Shown here: positions 48,201-61,134 of the stretch, in pieces
How positions within the stretch are numbered: position 1 is the first letter of the stretch
Layout: every line of letters starts with the position of its first letter
NCBI RefSeq assembly: GCF_036321535.1
Contig: NC_087436.1
Span: forward strand, 4,030,001 to 4,094,000
Source: Camelus dromedarius
Taxonomy: Eukaryota
Direction of reading: 5' to 3'
Length of the DNA: 64,000 nt
The notes under the pieces: generated by a model
What the model saw: only the letters and a program-made list of their open reading frames with translations
Told to the model about the DNA's origin: nothing
Databases searched by the model: none
Made by a program: the position numbers and the translations under genes

Positions 48201-49220
48201 TCCTCGGCTTGGCTGCCCAGAGTGGGCTGGGGGAATGGGTAAAGCCAGGGCACTCAGGAAGAGCACAGAGGACCTGATCTCCCCTCTCCGCACTTGTAAA
48301 CCCTTCCCCAAATCTCAAGGCATCTGACAAAGAGCAGCCACCACAATAAGGAGATGCTCCCATCTCTTCACTCACTCCTGTCTGTTCACTTACATGCTGA
48401 GCATCCACTGGGTCCCAGGACATGACACATAGGATGGCCGATGGGACAGGCTTGGTCCTTCTCCCTGGACCCTGTTCAATCTGATGGAAGAATGATCACT
48501 CATAAAGAGTTTCTCAAAATTATACAGAGACCAAAGACAAACTGCAGAGTGAACCAAATTTAAAAATATATATGAAGATCCCCCAGTCTTCCAGCCTAAG
48601 GTTAACAGCATAAAGCAAAAAGATCTTGCCTTTGATCACCAAGGAAGTTGTCACCCCCTCTCAGGTGGAAAGGACAGTTATTCTTTGAGCAGGACACAGA
48701 AGTGCTCCATTGGATTGGACCAGGGCATCTACATTCATTCAGCAAATGTGTATAAGCTCCTACTACGTACGGGAATCTCCTAACTAGACCCATTCACAAG
48801 GCTCTCGGGCTTTATCAGTAAACAAAATAGACATGACTCCCCATCACTGGGGGCTCAGAGTTTTAGTATAGGAAACAGGCAGCATGTTGGGGGTAGCAAG
48901 AGCTTGGAAAAATTTTAAACAAAAAAAGTGATATGAGCAAACTCCGGTGATGGCGGTGGGGTGGGAGACAGGCAGGAGGGAATAAGGCAATCCTGGCAGA
49001 TCTCACGGAGTAATGAACTTGAAGCAGAATAGATCCGGAGGAAGAAGGAAGAGCCGGAGCCAGAGGCCCCCAGAGTGAGGGGGAGAGTGTGGGCAGAGAG
49101 GCAGAGCACGCTGGGTCCTGAGGCCTTTGTGACGACTTTGGCTCCTAATGAAATGGTGACCCGTTTAGTGAGTTTTGAGGGGAGGGGTGATGTAGTCCAA
49201 CTTAAGCTTTTGTATTTGTG

Positions 49221-49328
49221 TTTTTTTGTGGGAGGTAATTTATTTATTTTAATGAAGGTGCTGGGGATTGAACCCAGGATCTCTTGCATGCTAAGCATGC
49301 GCCCTACCACTGAACTACACCCACCCCC
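49221..49328 (-). mobile_element. tRNA-derived SINE (camelid Vic-1-like)
   Basis: Reverse complement of the same SINE (ggggattgaacccagg...ctaagcatgcgccctaccactgaactac). Confidence 0.8.
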
Positions 49329-52300
49329 TCAATGTATGCTTTTACAGGCTCCCTCTGACTCTGTGTGGATGAGAGATTGTAGGAAAGCAAAGATGGAAAC
49401 AGGAGGCTATTGGTGTCCAGGAAGGGCTGAAGGTGGCTCTTAGGAGGGCAGGGAGCAGGGAGCAGGTGGTTAATGAAGACAGAGTATCCAGAATTTTCTA
49501 ACAAGCTGGATTTGCTGTCTGTGTGTGTAAGAGAAAGAGAGAAAGAACATTGTTCCAACATCTGGACCTGGACAATGGGAGGGATGTCCTCTCCATCCAC
49601 AGGGGATGGAACAAGGTGGGGCTGAGCAGGTGGAAAGGGGCTAGTATCAGCTCAGTTCTTCAATGTCATGGTTAAGGGGTGTATTACATATTGCCACAGA
49701 AATGCCTAATAGGTAGAGGAGTCTGTTTTCTTTTTCTTTTTAACATTTAAAAAATAAAATTTAAATGTATTAATTGTATTATGTGAATGATTTGGGAATT
49801 TTGTTTCATGCCAAGGTATATGTTATATATAGCCAAATGGAAAATATATCAGAAAAGGGGAGAAATGAGGGCTTTCACATAAACTGACTGTCCATAATGT
49901 AGGTAAAATTTCAATAAAACCAGTCTTCAGTGCAAAAACCTCATCTTGGTGTTACATAAAAATAAATGAAAAAGGACTATGTTGATGTATCATTATTTCA
50001 TGTTACATAATAGCCCCAAACAAACACACTGTTTAACTATGAGGCTTGTAGAAATACTATTCGCTTTTTTCATATAAATACAGAAATGCAGAAAGTTTCT
50101 AAGGTAGAATAAGCATCTTAGTGGAAATAATACAGATTTGAGCATTTTACATGATATATATATATTTACTGATACAAAATTTGGAAAAGTAATTACATAG
50201 TAGAACATATGTATGAATGTGAAAGCAAGATAAATGAAAGAAAAAGAATGTGAGTCTCAGGGATAAAGGTCCAGATGGAAAGGGCAAGTCAGGGAGTTTT
50301 GGAGAAATTGAGAAATTGATGGCATGCCAATTTCCAAGGCTGGGTTGCTTCCACCAAAGGAATAGCAGAGAGAGAGATGAGAGGCCCAGGAGCCAACCCT
50401 GGGGCACACCCACAGTATATGTTTGGGAAAAAGAGGAGACATTGGCAAAGGACCAGCCAGTAGACCAAAAGCAGAAAGCAGACAGAGTCATGGGCTGGAG
50501 TTTGAGTGAAGCAGGAACACGGGGGAGGAGGGATGGAAGAGCTGGGTCAAATGCTGCCGAGGGGCTATGTATGATGAGGACTGAAAATTGACCGCTATAT
50601 TTAGCAACGTGGGGTCACTGATGGCCTTGACAGGGCAGTTTCCATAGAGCGAGGGATCAGGGGAAGAGCCAGAGTGGGTGTAAAAGGGGATGGCTCAAGA
50701 GAAGATGCAGACAGTGCGTTTAAACAACTCCTTAAAGATTTGCTTCAAAGACACAGGGTGGCAATTGGTGGGGGTGAATTAGGGTCAAGGAGTGCTGTTT
50801 GTTTCTTTTAAGAAGATGGACGTTTATATACTGATTGGAGCCAACTAGCAGGAGAACAAAATAGATGAGGTAGTGAAAGAGAGGATGGTTTTGGGAGTGA
50901 CAACCCAGAGAAGATGGGAGGGATGGGGCCCTGGGGACTTTTCGAGGAATTGGCTTTCGATGTCACCTGTAATAAGAGGTGGGGCACCGAGAGTGAGGTC
51001 ACAGACAACAGTAGGTGAGTGGATGTGCCGGGAGTTGCTTGTGAAATTTCTCTTCTGTTGGCTTGTTTGCTTGTTCAAAGTAGAAAAGTAACCTTACCAG
51101 CTGAGGGACGAGGAGGAAGAAAGAGTTACTGGAGCCATGAGAAGAAGATAAGAAAGAGCCTTCCAGGGAGAATGGGACAGTGAAAAGAGCAGGGGGAGAC
51201 GGGGGAGTGCGTGCCCAGAAAGTTACATTTTCTCTTTGACGTCCCCAAATGTGTGATGTGTGATTACCCTTCCTGCTGTCTACGAAATAAAAATTAAGTA
51301 TGGTTCAGAGGAAATGCTATTTCATTCTAAGAGGCTACCTGTTTCTCAGGAATGGTCATCTTAAACTGCAAATATTACAAGAAATGTTGAAAAGATGAAC
51401 CTGTGTACCTAAAATCCCCTATTTTCTATTAATCTGGTTACTATTCAATTCTCCTATCAATAACTCATAACCAATACTGCCATGATGGAGGTATATTGAT
51501 GCTTAAAAGGAAATGAGATCTGTATCCTTTTCCTAAATTCCATGGCTTCCTTAATATGCAGTTCCCCTTGGAATTTAGGAATGTCTGGTATAAGAAGTGA
51601 GAAACAGTTTGAGAAAATCCTGGCTCAGAATTACACAGCACAACCGCATCTCAGAAGTATATACAGCCGTAAAGAATTTTAGAAGCAAAACTCCTTAACT
51701 ACTCTTAAAGACTTTTGCAAACCTGGGCCTGCCCAGATGTTTCCAAACTGGAAAGGGACTCCAATCACTTGCCTGGTACCGGACCAGAGGCTGGCCAGCC
51801 TTTTCTGTAAAAGCGAGAGAGTAAATATTTTCAGTTTTGCAGATCATTTTTTGTAACCATGCAGGTCTGCAATAAGAAAGCTAAGAGCACTGGGAGACAG
51901 GAAACAAATGGGCATGCCCAAACCCTCCCTTCCACTCAGGGCAGCTTCTCTGTGGTGGGGAGTTTTGCCACAATCACTTGCTTCTTTGTTTCCATTGGTT
52001 TCTTTGTTTCCACCTTACTGCTCAAGCTCAGAAATTCAGGTGGGCCTGGTCCTTCAGCATCCATGCAGAGAGAAGGCTGAGCGGGGGTGGGAACCCCACC
52101 TGATGGAGAAGAGAGATTGCTGGGAGGGACACTACGGTGGCCACCATGACACGAGACAATCACACCTTCTGGGGTGAAAGGGAATGAAGACAAAGGAGGG
52201 ACAGAGCAGTGGGACTCCTAGGTCGCCTGCCAGGCTTTCTCTCCCTCCACAGCCACCCTGGGTGCCTGGGGGGTGTTGGGCTTCAGCTACGGTGATTAGG

Positions 52301-55300
52301 ATGAAGGGACTCAATATAAAGGACCCTCCACCTCCTCACTAGGTTCCAAACGCAGCCCCTCTAAGTCCACCCTCTGAGTTTCTGGAACTCAGCTGGAAGA
52401 ATATTCTGGAAGAATACATGAGCAGGCCAGACCCAGAGCCCAAGCCAAACACGACGGTGGCCACGTGGGGTTGTAACCCCATGCTCAGTGGTAGGGGACT
52501 CCTTGCAAATCTGCAGAAATCCCTGTTCCACCTCATTCCTGGGGGAAACCCCAGATTTCCTCCTGCTCTGTCTGTTCTTCTCTTGATGCTATTGTCCTGG
52601 ATGGATGCAGAGTCCTTGAACCTGGCCCTCCAAACTTACATAAGCAGCCTGTTCAATAAAACAAATTATGCACTTTTTCACATTTGCCAGTTTTTTGATT
52701 CCAGAAATTTTGCGGGACTCATTCTCACAGTCTCCTGTGCCCCCACCACTTGGTGGCCCTCTGCTCATGGAAACACGATTTCCCACAACTGCACCCTGCC
52801 TCCCAGCTGGTCAGAGGGGAGTGTCCCACAAAGACACAGGTGTTTGTGAGGATCCTGCCCCCAGCAGAAAGCCTACTCCTGGAGCTACGGACAGGGATCT
52901 GGCCTCCTGAGCCACTCAGCTCTAATTCAAAGCCTAAACTGGGGGCCCCGAACATTGCTGAATGAATTTCTGAGTCACCTGGGCTGGAGGGACCTGATTT
53001 TTCTTTCCAGGAATGGATGTAACGCAGCCTCCATTTTCAGGGCTGACATTCATGAAGGATCTAGTTCCCCCAACTGCACCCGAGGAAGGAGAGGCCCTTC
53101 CATCCCACTGGTTAGAAACCCAGCCCAGGGGAGTTCCAAAGCACCGCATTGCTGTCAGGTCCAGCATCCCTGCAGAGTGGCCCCTGCCCTTGAATGAGCC
53201 CCTTCCCTGGGCCTTCCCTGCCCCGACATGACCACACCCCAGCCTGTGCCAGAGCTCTGGGGCTCTGCGTGTCCAGGGCACACAGTTGGGACCTGAGCCA
53301 GGTGTCCCCTGGGCCTCAAGGGGGAGAGGTCTGCCTCTGCATCAGGGGAAGGTGATCCCACATGGCTGGCAGGACACTCTCAATATGGACCTCCAGGAGC
53401 CCAGGGAGCAATTTCCCTGCAGGTGTTAGAAGCCATCATCAGGAGGGCAGGCCCCTCTTTGTGCAGACCATCCTGCAGTGCTGGGCCCACGTGCTGACCA
53501 CAGAAACCTACTTGCCCCCAGGTTACCCCAGGCACAAATTCGTCACTTGGTGACCTGGGTACCACGGGCTCATTGGCCATCCCATGAGGGTGGTCCTTGC
53601 AGGCATGGTCTCCAGGTGCTCCCGTTAAGAAATCCCCCTGGGTTTCTGTGGTCACAGAGCCCACATCAGAAGATTCTAGTCCTGCAGTGAGCCCCACAGC
53701 AGTCACCTCCCCTGTGCATGTCCAGGGACAAATGACAGCAATTTATTGCCAGTAATCGTGGTGAACAAGGGGGTGGGATTCCATACTAAGTTCAGGATCC
53801 TGGTAACTCACTCTGCACCCCAAAAAGCATCCATGAGAAATGTGTGTATTGGGATATCTGTGCCCCTAGAAGAGCTGTTCCTCAGGGCTCCTGGGACCCT
53901 CCAGCCCCTCTCAAGGTTCTCAGAGCTTGGGTCTAAATTTCTATCTCCCTCCTTTGGTGTACAGCCACCTGAGTCTCTTGAACACGGGTCACTTTATTGC
54001 ATGACTTGGCATGTTCTTAGTGCTCGTCCTCCACCCCTGCACTAGACTCCCACGATGTTCCCACTGACCCTTGGCTCCCTGGGTGGGTCAGGGGGCCCTA
54101 AGTCTGCACCCTTCACTCTCCTCCTCTACCCCCAACCCTGAGGCCACCCCTAGGTGGACTGGGAGGTGTTTGTAAATGAGTCTTACACAAGGACATGACT
54201 GGACAAAGCAGGGCCCCATCCCCGGAAAGCACACCTGCTCCCTTCTCTGAAGAGGACCCCACAGCCCCACATTGCCTCCCAGGGGTCTACTCAGCACACA
54301 GTCCCCCAGTTCTGGGCAAGGCGTCTCCCTGGAATCCTTGCTTCCAGGCAGAGTCTCTCTGTCTGTCTTCTGAGTTTAGAGTTGTTCTCATGTTCCTGAG
54401 CACCAAGGTGCCCAGCACAGACCCTTCAGTGACCTGAAGAGACAAGGAAGATATGTGGCCACAGGTCTCACAGGACACACCTGCTGGGACCCCAGGCCAA
54501 AGGGCCGTCCTTCTGCCTTCTCAGGTGTGGATCCCGTGGTACCTTTTTGCAGGGGGCCCAAATGGGGAGTGGGGCCCAAAGCAGTTCATGGGGCTCTCTG
54601 GGCAGGGAAGACTTGGGCCAGGCAGCCTTGCCTGGTTTCCCTGCTGGGGCACTCTAAAAACCCCCGCTCCTCTGGCTGTGGCTGGAGGCCCCCCCAAACT
54701 TCAGGGCGGGGCCCTTTCTCTCAGCCTCCACTGCCTCCAAAGACACGCTGGCGCTGGCATGGGGAAAGAGCTTTCTTGCCCTCTTGTGGCCAAGTTGCCA
54801 GAGGTGGATGCTGCGGGGAGCTGGAGAGAGAGGTAGCACTTGCTCAGATGTGAGTGGTTAGGCAATTTGACACCTTGTCAACTAGCCTTAAACATTGGAA
54901 AGAGGGCTTTCCCGGGAAAGCTGGAAGTTACTTTCAGTAATTTGTTTAAAGGTTTCCTTTTTTTTTTTTTCCCTTAAAGACTCATAAAACCTCTCCCAGG
55001 TCATTCCTGGTATGGACCATTATCCAGGGATCAATCGGGAAATGCAGGAAGAGAGGGGTGGGGGTGGGGGAGAGGGGAGGGGAGATCATAGCCCACGGAG
55101 AGGAGATGCCCCTCCCAGGAGCCACAAACTGGGCAGTGGCTGCTGGCATCCAGCTCTCCTGTTCTCAGGCCCATTTCATCTGCGGGGTGTTTCCAAAGGA
55201 AAGAATGGTGGAAGGGCCATGGAGGACACCTAGACCTCCCAGAATAGACAGGGGGAGCAGAGTCACCATGCTGGCCCAGGGCTTGGAGACAGACCTGCAG

Positions 55301-55324
55301 TGGAGACCACAGGTCTTCTGAGAA

Positions 55325-55860
55325 GCCAGTTTCGAAATAAAGGCAGTATGCGCTGGAATACCCATTTCGAGCAATTGCTTCATCCTAGACATGTAATTTA
55401 CATAGTTCTTCTCACCACGAAACTCTGTGTTCCCAACACGCTACATGAATGACGGCTTCAACACACATTCATTTCTGAGATGTGAACAAGTGGAGAGCCG
55501 CTCTTTCATCCAGCATAATGGGCATGGTCACACCTAGGAACGCTTACCAAGATTTCTCAGCAACAGCCAATTTCGAAATAAATGCAGTGTGCGCAGGAAA
55601 AGCCGGTTGGAGTGAGGGCTTCCCCATACACATGTAAGTTATATAGTTCCCCTCACCATGAAACGCTGTTCCCAACATGCTACATGCATGAAGGCTTCAA
55701 CACACATTCAGTTTTAAGAAGTTAGCATGTGGAGAGCCGCTCTTTCATTCAGCATAAACAGCATGGTTACACCCAGGAAGATTTACTCAGATGTCTCAGC
55801 TGGTTCCTTCACCCAGATTCAAAATAAAGGCATTTTGTGCTGGGAAAGCCTGTTGGAGAG
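55325..55860. repeat. Satellite-like tandem repeat, about 2.2 copies of a ~241-bp unit
   Basis: gccagtttcgaaataaa at 55325, gccaatttcgaaataaa at 55566 and cccagattcaaaataaa at 55812. Units share ggcttcaacacacattca and gtggagagccgctctttcat. Confidence 0.85.
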
Positions 55861-56849
55861 TGTTCAGAGCTGTTTCGGGCTCTGTCCCAGCTGGAGGGTG
55901 CAAACCCCAACCTCCAGAAAGAGGGTCCAGGCCCCCACCCGCCAGGTGGTGTTGCTTTTGTTGGGGAACAGTGATCTTTGGGTTAGATATTTTGTGGCTC
56001 TCTCTAAAAACTGCTTTGACTTAAGTTTGCATCCTAGTCACCAGTTCCAGGGCAACAGAAAAAGCATACCCTACATCCCTTTGCACTCAAATCTTCCCTA
56101 AAGAGCAAATATTTGCCCATGAAAATACCAGCTGCTCTTCTAAGGCCCCTAAATACCCAGCAGTGTGGGCGGTGCACTCTTGATCGGGGACAGGAGGAGA
56201 GGGACCAACGGTCCTCCGGCAGGCTTGTCCCTGTGTGGCAGCTGTGCTGTGGGTGCGTGGTGGGGAGGGCCATGCAGGGAATCCTGTTTGAGGGGCCCCT
56301 GTGCACGTCTGCATTATGGTCTGAGGTTTCATACAAAGGTTCCAGGCATCCTAACTGGTCAGATACAGCCCCCACCCTCGGGCTGGAACCACCAGGAGCT
56401 CAGTATCTGTAACAGGGACAGTGCCCGGTGTGGGGAGAGGTCATGGTACATTCTGTGGGCGGGGGGGGGTGGTGCTGGGGAAGGCATGGGGTGCAGTGAA
56501 GGGTGGAGGGGGCAGGGTCCCTTGCTTGGGGGTGAGAGTTCTTGGGGAGACCACAGAGCATGGCACACACCATCCCCACCCCATACCCCAAATTCCTAGC
56601 CCCACCAACACAGGGGCCGCTCTGCGCCCTCTCACCATGGCTCTCCTGTGAGACAGCACCCAGCCTGGCATATGGCACCCTTGCCCTACCTCCCCTCTTG
56701 GGACAGACACTGTCTTCTTGGAAACTGCCCAGTAGCGCAAATTCAAGGCCAGCAGCGGGCCTGGCGGATCTGCACTTCAGGTGCCCTACCTGGCCAGCCG
56801 TGCGTGCCTGGGCTCAGTCCTCTATCTTGCCCACCGGCAGCCTTGGTCC

Positions 56850-57620
56850 ACGTCCGGTGCAAGCGGAGGCCGCGGAGCCCAGGTTGGGCCCTGCACACAG
56901 ACAGCTGAGGGTGCCCCCGCCCCGCTGCCCCGCTGCCCCTGCCCCGCCGCCCTGCCCACTGGTGGCAGCACCGCCCCAGCCTCTGGCCAGCGCCACCTGC
57001 AAGTGAGGACGTCCGCTAGGCCCCGCCCTCCCCGGCCCCGCCCAGCTGCCACATAAGCCTCCCCCCAGCCCCCATTGTGGCCGCGCCCTGGCTCCCATTG
57101 GCTCCGCAAATTCTGCCCTCGCACGTCTAGCCTCGGGAGGACGCAGACGCAAGCGCTAGGGGAGGGCCCCGCGGCGTTGCCATGGCTAAAGGCGCCGCGC
57201 TCCACACGGGCCGGCGTGCGCTTCTGGGGCGGGCAGCGGGCTCCGGAAGTGTGCAGCTGCCCGGGACCATGGCGGTGCTTGCTGCTGGGGCTGGCTGCTT
57301 GCTCGGCCCGGCGACTAGTTCTGGCCTGGTCAGTCGGCGGCCGACATCCTGTCTGGGGCAATGTCCCACAGACGGTAAATGTACGTCCGCGCCGTTGGCG
57401 GGGCCAGTGGACGTGGACCGGGGTGGGACCCGGGTTGGTGTGGCTGCCGGGGAGGGGCTGTGGTGCCGGGGAGCGGGTTGGGGCAGGGGGGACAGGGCTG
57501 GGGCACAGCCTCCGGCTTTCCTCCCCCTCGGGCGCTGGGGCTGGGACCGCGAGTCCGGGTAGCCCTGCATGGCCGCGGCCTCCCAGAACCCCCGGGATGG
57601 GCAGGCGGAGGACCTGTCTT
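56850..57620 (+). promoter_or_regulatory. POFUT2: CpG-island promoter of the POFUT2 duplicate
   Basis: CpG-rich, with GC boxes, an inverted CCAAT (attgg near 57097) and an ETS site CCGGAAGT at 57243-57250 just upstream of the ATG. Confidence 0.75.
57269..57374 (+). pseudogene. POFUT2: POFUT2 pseudogene exon 1 (frameshift and stop)
   Basis: ATG GCG start. FWPGQSAADILSGAMSHRR is out of frame with the ATG and is preceded by TAG. Donor CG|gtaaat. Confidence 0.9.
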
Positions 57621-58765
57621 TTATGAAGCGGGGCCTTATTCGGGTTTTGAAGAGCCCCAGAATCAGATGTTGGAATGGGGTGGTTTATCAGCCTTGTTTA
57701 TCTGCAGGGAAATTTCAGTTCCATCCAGATGTTGGCTCCTTCGGTAAACCTCAGGAATAAGATAAGTGTCAGTGCCGATTAGCAGTTATCTAGGGCTTGA
57801 CTCAAAATAGACTGTGCGGGGTGTAGGGATGGTAGATGGGCCTTCCCTCTCAAAGTTGGCAGTCTTCTGGGATTAGAGGCCCCAGTTGAGGATTACATCC
57901 TCATCTGCGGTAATGGAGGTTGTGGGAAACATTAACACAGAGAAGGGAGGAGTGTGGCTGCGGTAACTCATTAAAAAAGCCAGGACCCTTGCCTGGCTCT
58001 TGTGTAGGAGAGTCTCGCCTAGGATAGGGCAGCAGTTATCAAAGTGTGTCTGAGGCCCCTGAGATGCAAGACTATTTTCGTAGAAACGCCGGTATGTCAC
58101 CTGCCTTTTGAACACTCTTGCACTCCCGAGTTTCCTGTGGGGATTTCCAGGGAAAACCTGGTCTGTGATATCACAAAACAGGGAATGTAGAGGCAGATAG
58201 AATTCAGCTCTCACCAGTCCAAAAGAGATTTGCAGAAATTAAAATCACTGCTATTCTTCTCATTAATGATTTTTGTTTAGAAAAATATACTTATTTTTTG
58301 CTTAAGAGTATTAATGGTAACATGTAGTAGGTTGCTATTATTTTTAAGTGAACTCATAAGCATTTTTTAAAGTTCTTATTTAAGTTCTAACACAGGAACT
58401 ATTGATAGATTTAACCCACATAAACAGCAGCCTTTTGGAGTCCTCAGTAATTAAGAGTGTACAGGGGTCTGTAGGCCAAGAAGCTTGAGAGCCCCTGGAG
58501 AACGGGTGCTCAGGTACTAGTCAGGTGCTTAGCATTGTTAGACAGATGCCAAGATGTCTTCTGCATGTGCTCCCGGACTCGAAGTAATTGGCCACATGGA
58601 GACGGGTGGGCAGTGCCTCCACTATGCAAACCAGAAGCTGGTGAACGTGTCTTGAGTCTAGGCCCTGTGCTGTGCAGGGGTTCCCATTGTATCTGTTCTA
58701 TCTAAGCCGGGATTCCTGTGCAGAGGCCTGGCCCTGAAGACCCGCTCTCCTTCGCTCCCTGCCAG

Positions 58766-59016
58766 GTACCTTCTGTGTGACGTCAACCCTTCAGAGGGCT
58801 TCAGCCTCCGTAGGAGCGTCTGTGTCCACATCGCCTTCCTCCTGAAGACCCTGCTGAAAATGGAGGAGTCAGTGCTGGTGATACCCCCTTGGGGCCGCCT
58901 CTACCATTGGCAGAGCCTGGACATCCACCAGGTCCGGATTCCCTGGTCTGACTTTTTTGATCTCTCAAGTCTCAACAGAAACATCCCTGACACTGAGTAC
59001 GAACAGTTCATTGCAG
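58766..59016 (+). pseudogene. POFUT2: POFUT2 pseudogene exon 2 (251 nt, frame still open)
   Basis: [83 protein letters not shown], flanked by ccag and G|gtgaga. Exon 3 is not seen downstream. Confidence 0.95.
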
Positions 59017-59484
59017 GTGAGATGGTGATCGTTTAACTGGGGCCAGATGGTTGTTGTTCTGGTTCCAATGTGAACATCGGGCCGTCTTGCTTCGGGCTTG
59101 TCGGTCTGCTAAGGGGTCCTGCTCATGTTTCCCGCACTGCAGGTGAATTAGCTCTTTCCATAGTTTTTCTCAGGAAATAGATCTGAAGTGTATGAGATCT
59201 GTGTTCCCTCCCCTCTGAAAATCCTGGCCTCCTGGTGAGATGGAGCGGTGACAAGAAGGCCACTGCCACACAGGCCTTGTCCCAGGAGGACTCGCTCCCT
59301 GGGCAGTAAGGGCCATTCTTACCTGAAGGAAAACACGATGTGTGTGTAGCATGGGCCACGTGCTGGAGAAGGTATGTAACCTCTCATTCAGTATAATTTG
59401 GTCCTGCTCAAGCTTCCCAGTTTACTTTCCGTAAGAGGTAAGAGTTGAAGATTTTCTTTGAATAAAGGTATTTAGAGCTTATCT

Positions 59485-61134
59485 TTTTTTTTTAATTGAA
59501 ATGTGGTTGATTTACAATGTTTTGTTAGTTTCAGATATACAGCTGTTTTGTTAGTTTCAGGTATACAGCATAGTGATTCAGTTGTACATATACATAGTCT
59601 ATTCTTTTTCAGGTTCTTTTCCATTATAGGTTGCAAGATACTGAATATTTTCCCCTGTGTTCTGCAGTGAATCTTTGTTGTTTATCTATTTTACATATAG
59701 TAGTTTGTAATTGTTAATCACAAACTCCTAAGTTAGATTTCTAAGTCTGTGAGTGTGTTTTTGTTTTGTAAATAAGTTCATTTGTATCATTTTTAAAAAT
59801 TCCACATACAAGTGATATCATATGATACTTGTCTTTCTCTGTCTGAGTTATTTCACTTTAGTGTGATAATCTCCAGGTCCATCCATGTTGATGTAAATGG
59901 CATTATTTCCTTCTTTGTTATGACTGAGTAATATTCTTCTATATCTAAATACTACATCTTTATCCAGTCATCTGTCAGTGGGTATTTAGTTTGCTTCTAT
60001 GTCTTGGCCATTGTAAACAATGCTGCTGTGAACATTGGGGTGCAGGTATCTTTAGGAATTAAGGTTCCCTCTGGATATATGCCCAGGAATGGGATTGCTG
60101 GATCAAATGATAAGTCTTTTTTTAGTCTTTTGAGGACTCTCCATGCTGTTTTCCACAGTGGCTGCACCAAACTACATTCCCACCAACAATGTAGGAGGGT
60201 TCCCTTTTCTCCACAGCCTCTCCAGCATTTGTGGTTTGTGGATGTTTGAATGGTGGCCATTCTGACTAGTGTGAGATGATAACTTATTGTAGATATGATT
60301 TGCATTTCTCTGATAATTAGCAATATTGAACCTTTTTTTCATATTCCTATTGGCCATTTGTATATCTTCATTGGAGAATTGCTTGTTTAGTTGTTCTGCC
60401 CATTTTTGGATTGGGTTGTTTTTTTTTTTTTCTTATTAAGTTGTATGAACTATTTGTATAGTCTAGAATTTAAGCCATGTTCAGTCTCATCTTTTGCAAA
60501 AATTTTCTCCCATTCCATACGTTGTCGTTTTGTTTTGCTTATGGTTTCTGTTGCTGTGAAAAAGCTGATAAGTGTAATTAGGTCCCATTTGTTTATTTTG
60601 TATTTTATTTCTCTTGCTTGGGTGGATTGCCCTAGGAAATCATTGCTGAGATATGTATCAAATAATATTTTGCCTATGTTTTCTTCTGAGAGGTTTATAG
60701 CGTCTTGTCTAATGTTTAAGTCTTTAAGCCATTTTGAGTTTGTTTTTTTTTTTTGTTTTTTTTTTGTTTTTTTTTTGTTTTTTTGTGACTCTATTGTATG
60801 CTTTCGATTTGTGGTTACCTTTTTTTTCAAGTATATCAACCCATTACTATATCTATTTCCTTTAGACTGATAATCACGTAGGCTCCAACACATCCTAAGA
60901 ATAATGAGAAAAAAAAAGAAAGAAAGAGAAAAAAATCTATCTTTTCATGCTACCATCTCCCATTACCACCTTTTTGTATTTTGATGTACTTTTTCTTTTT
61001 TCCATCTTCATGTTTATTGTCTTGTAACTCGTTATTGCATTTCCAACTATGGTTTCCCGTTTGTATAGCATCCTGCTTCCTTTCTGTTTAGAGTAGAACC
61101 TTTTAATGTCTCTGTTTGGTTCAATAATGCTGAA
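59485..61134 (-). mobile_element. L1 (cetartiodactyl-type): 3' UTR and ORF2 C-terminus joined to probable inter-ORF sequence
   Basis: ORF2 motifs [42 protein letters not shown]; poly(T) at 59484-59493. Confidence 0.9.

Noticed and set aside
54906..54921. 16-bp palindrome GCTTTCCCGGGAAAGC (STAT-like)
   Set aside because: A single isolated motif with no supporting context.
55325..55345. Possible CENP-B box (TTCG...A) in the satellite-like unit
   Set aside because: The required CGGG half is absent.
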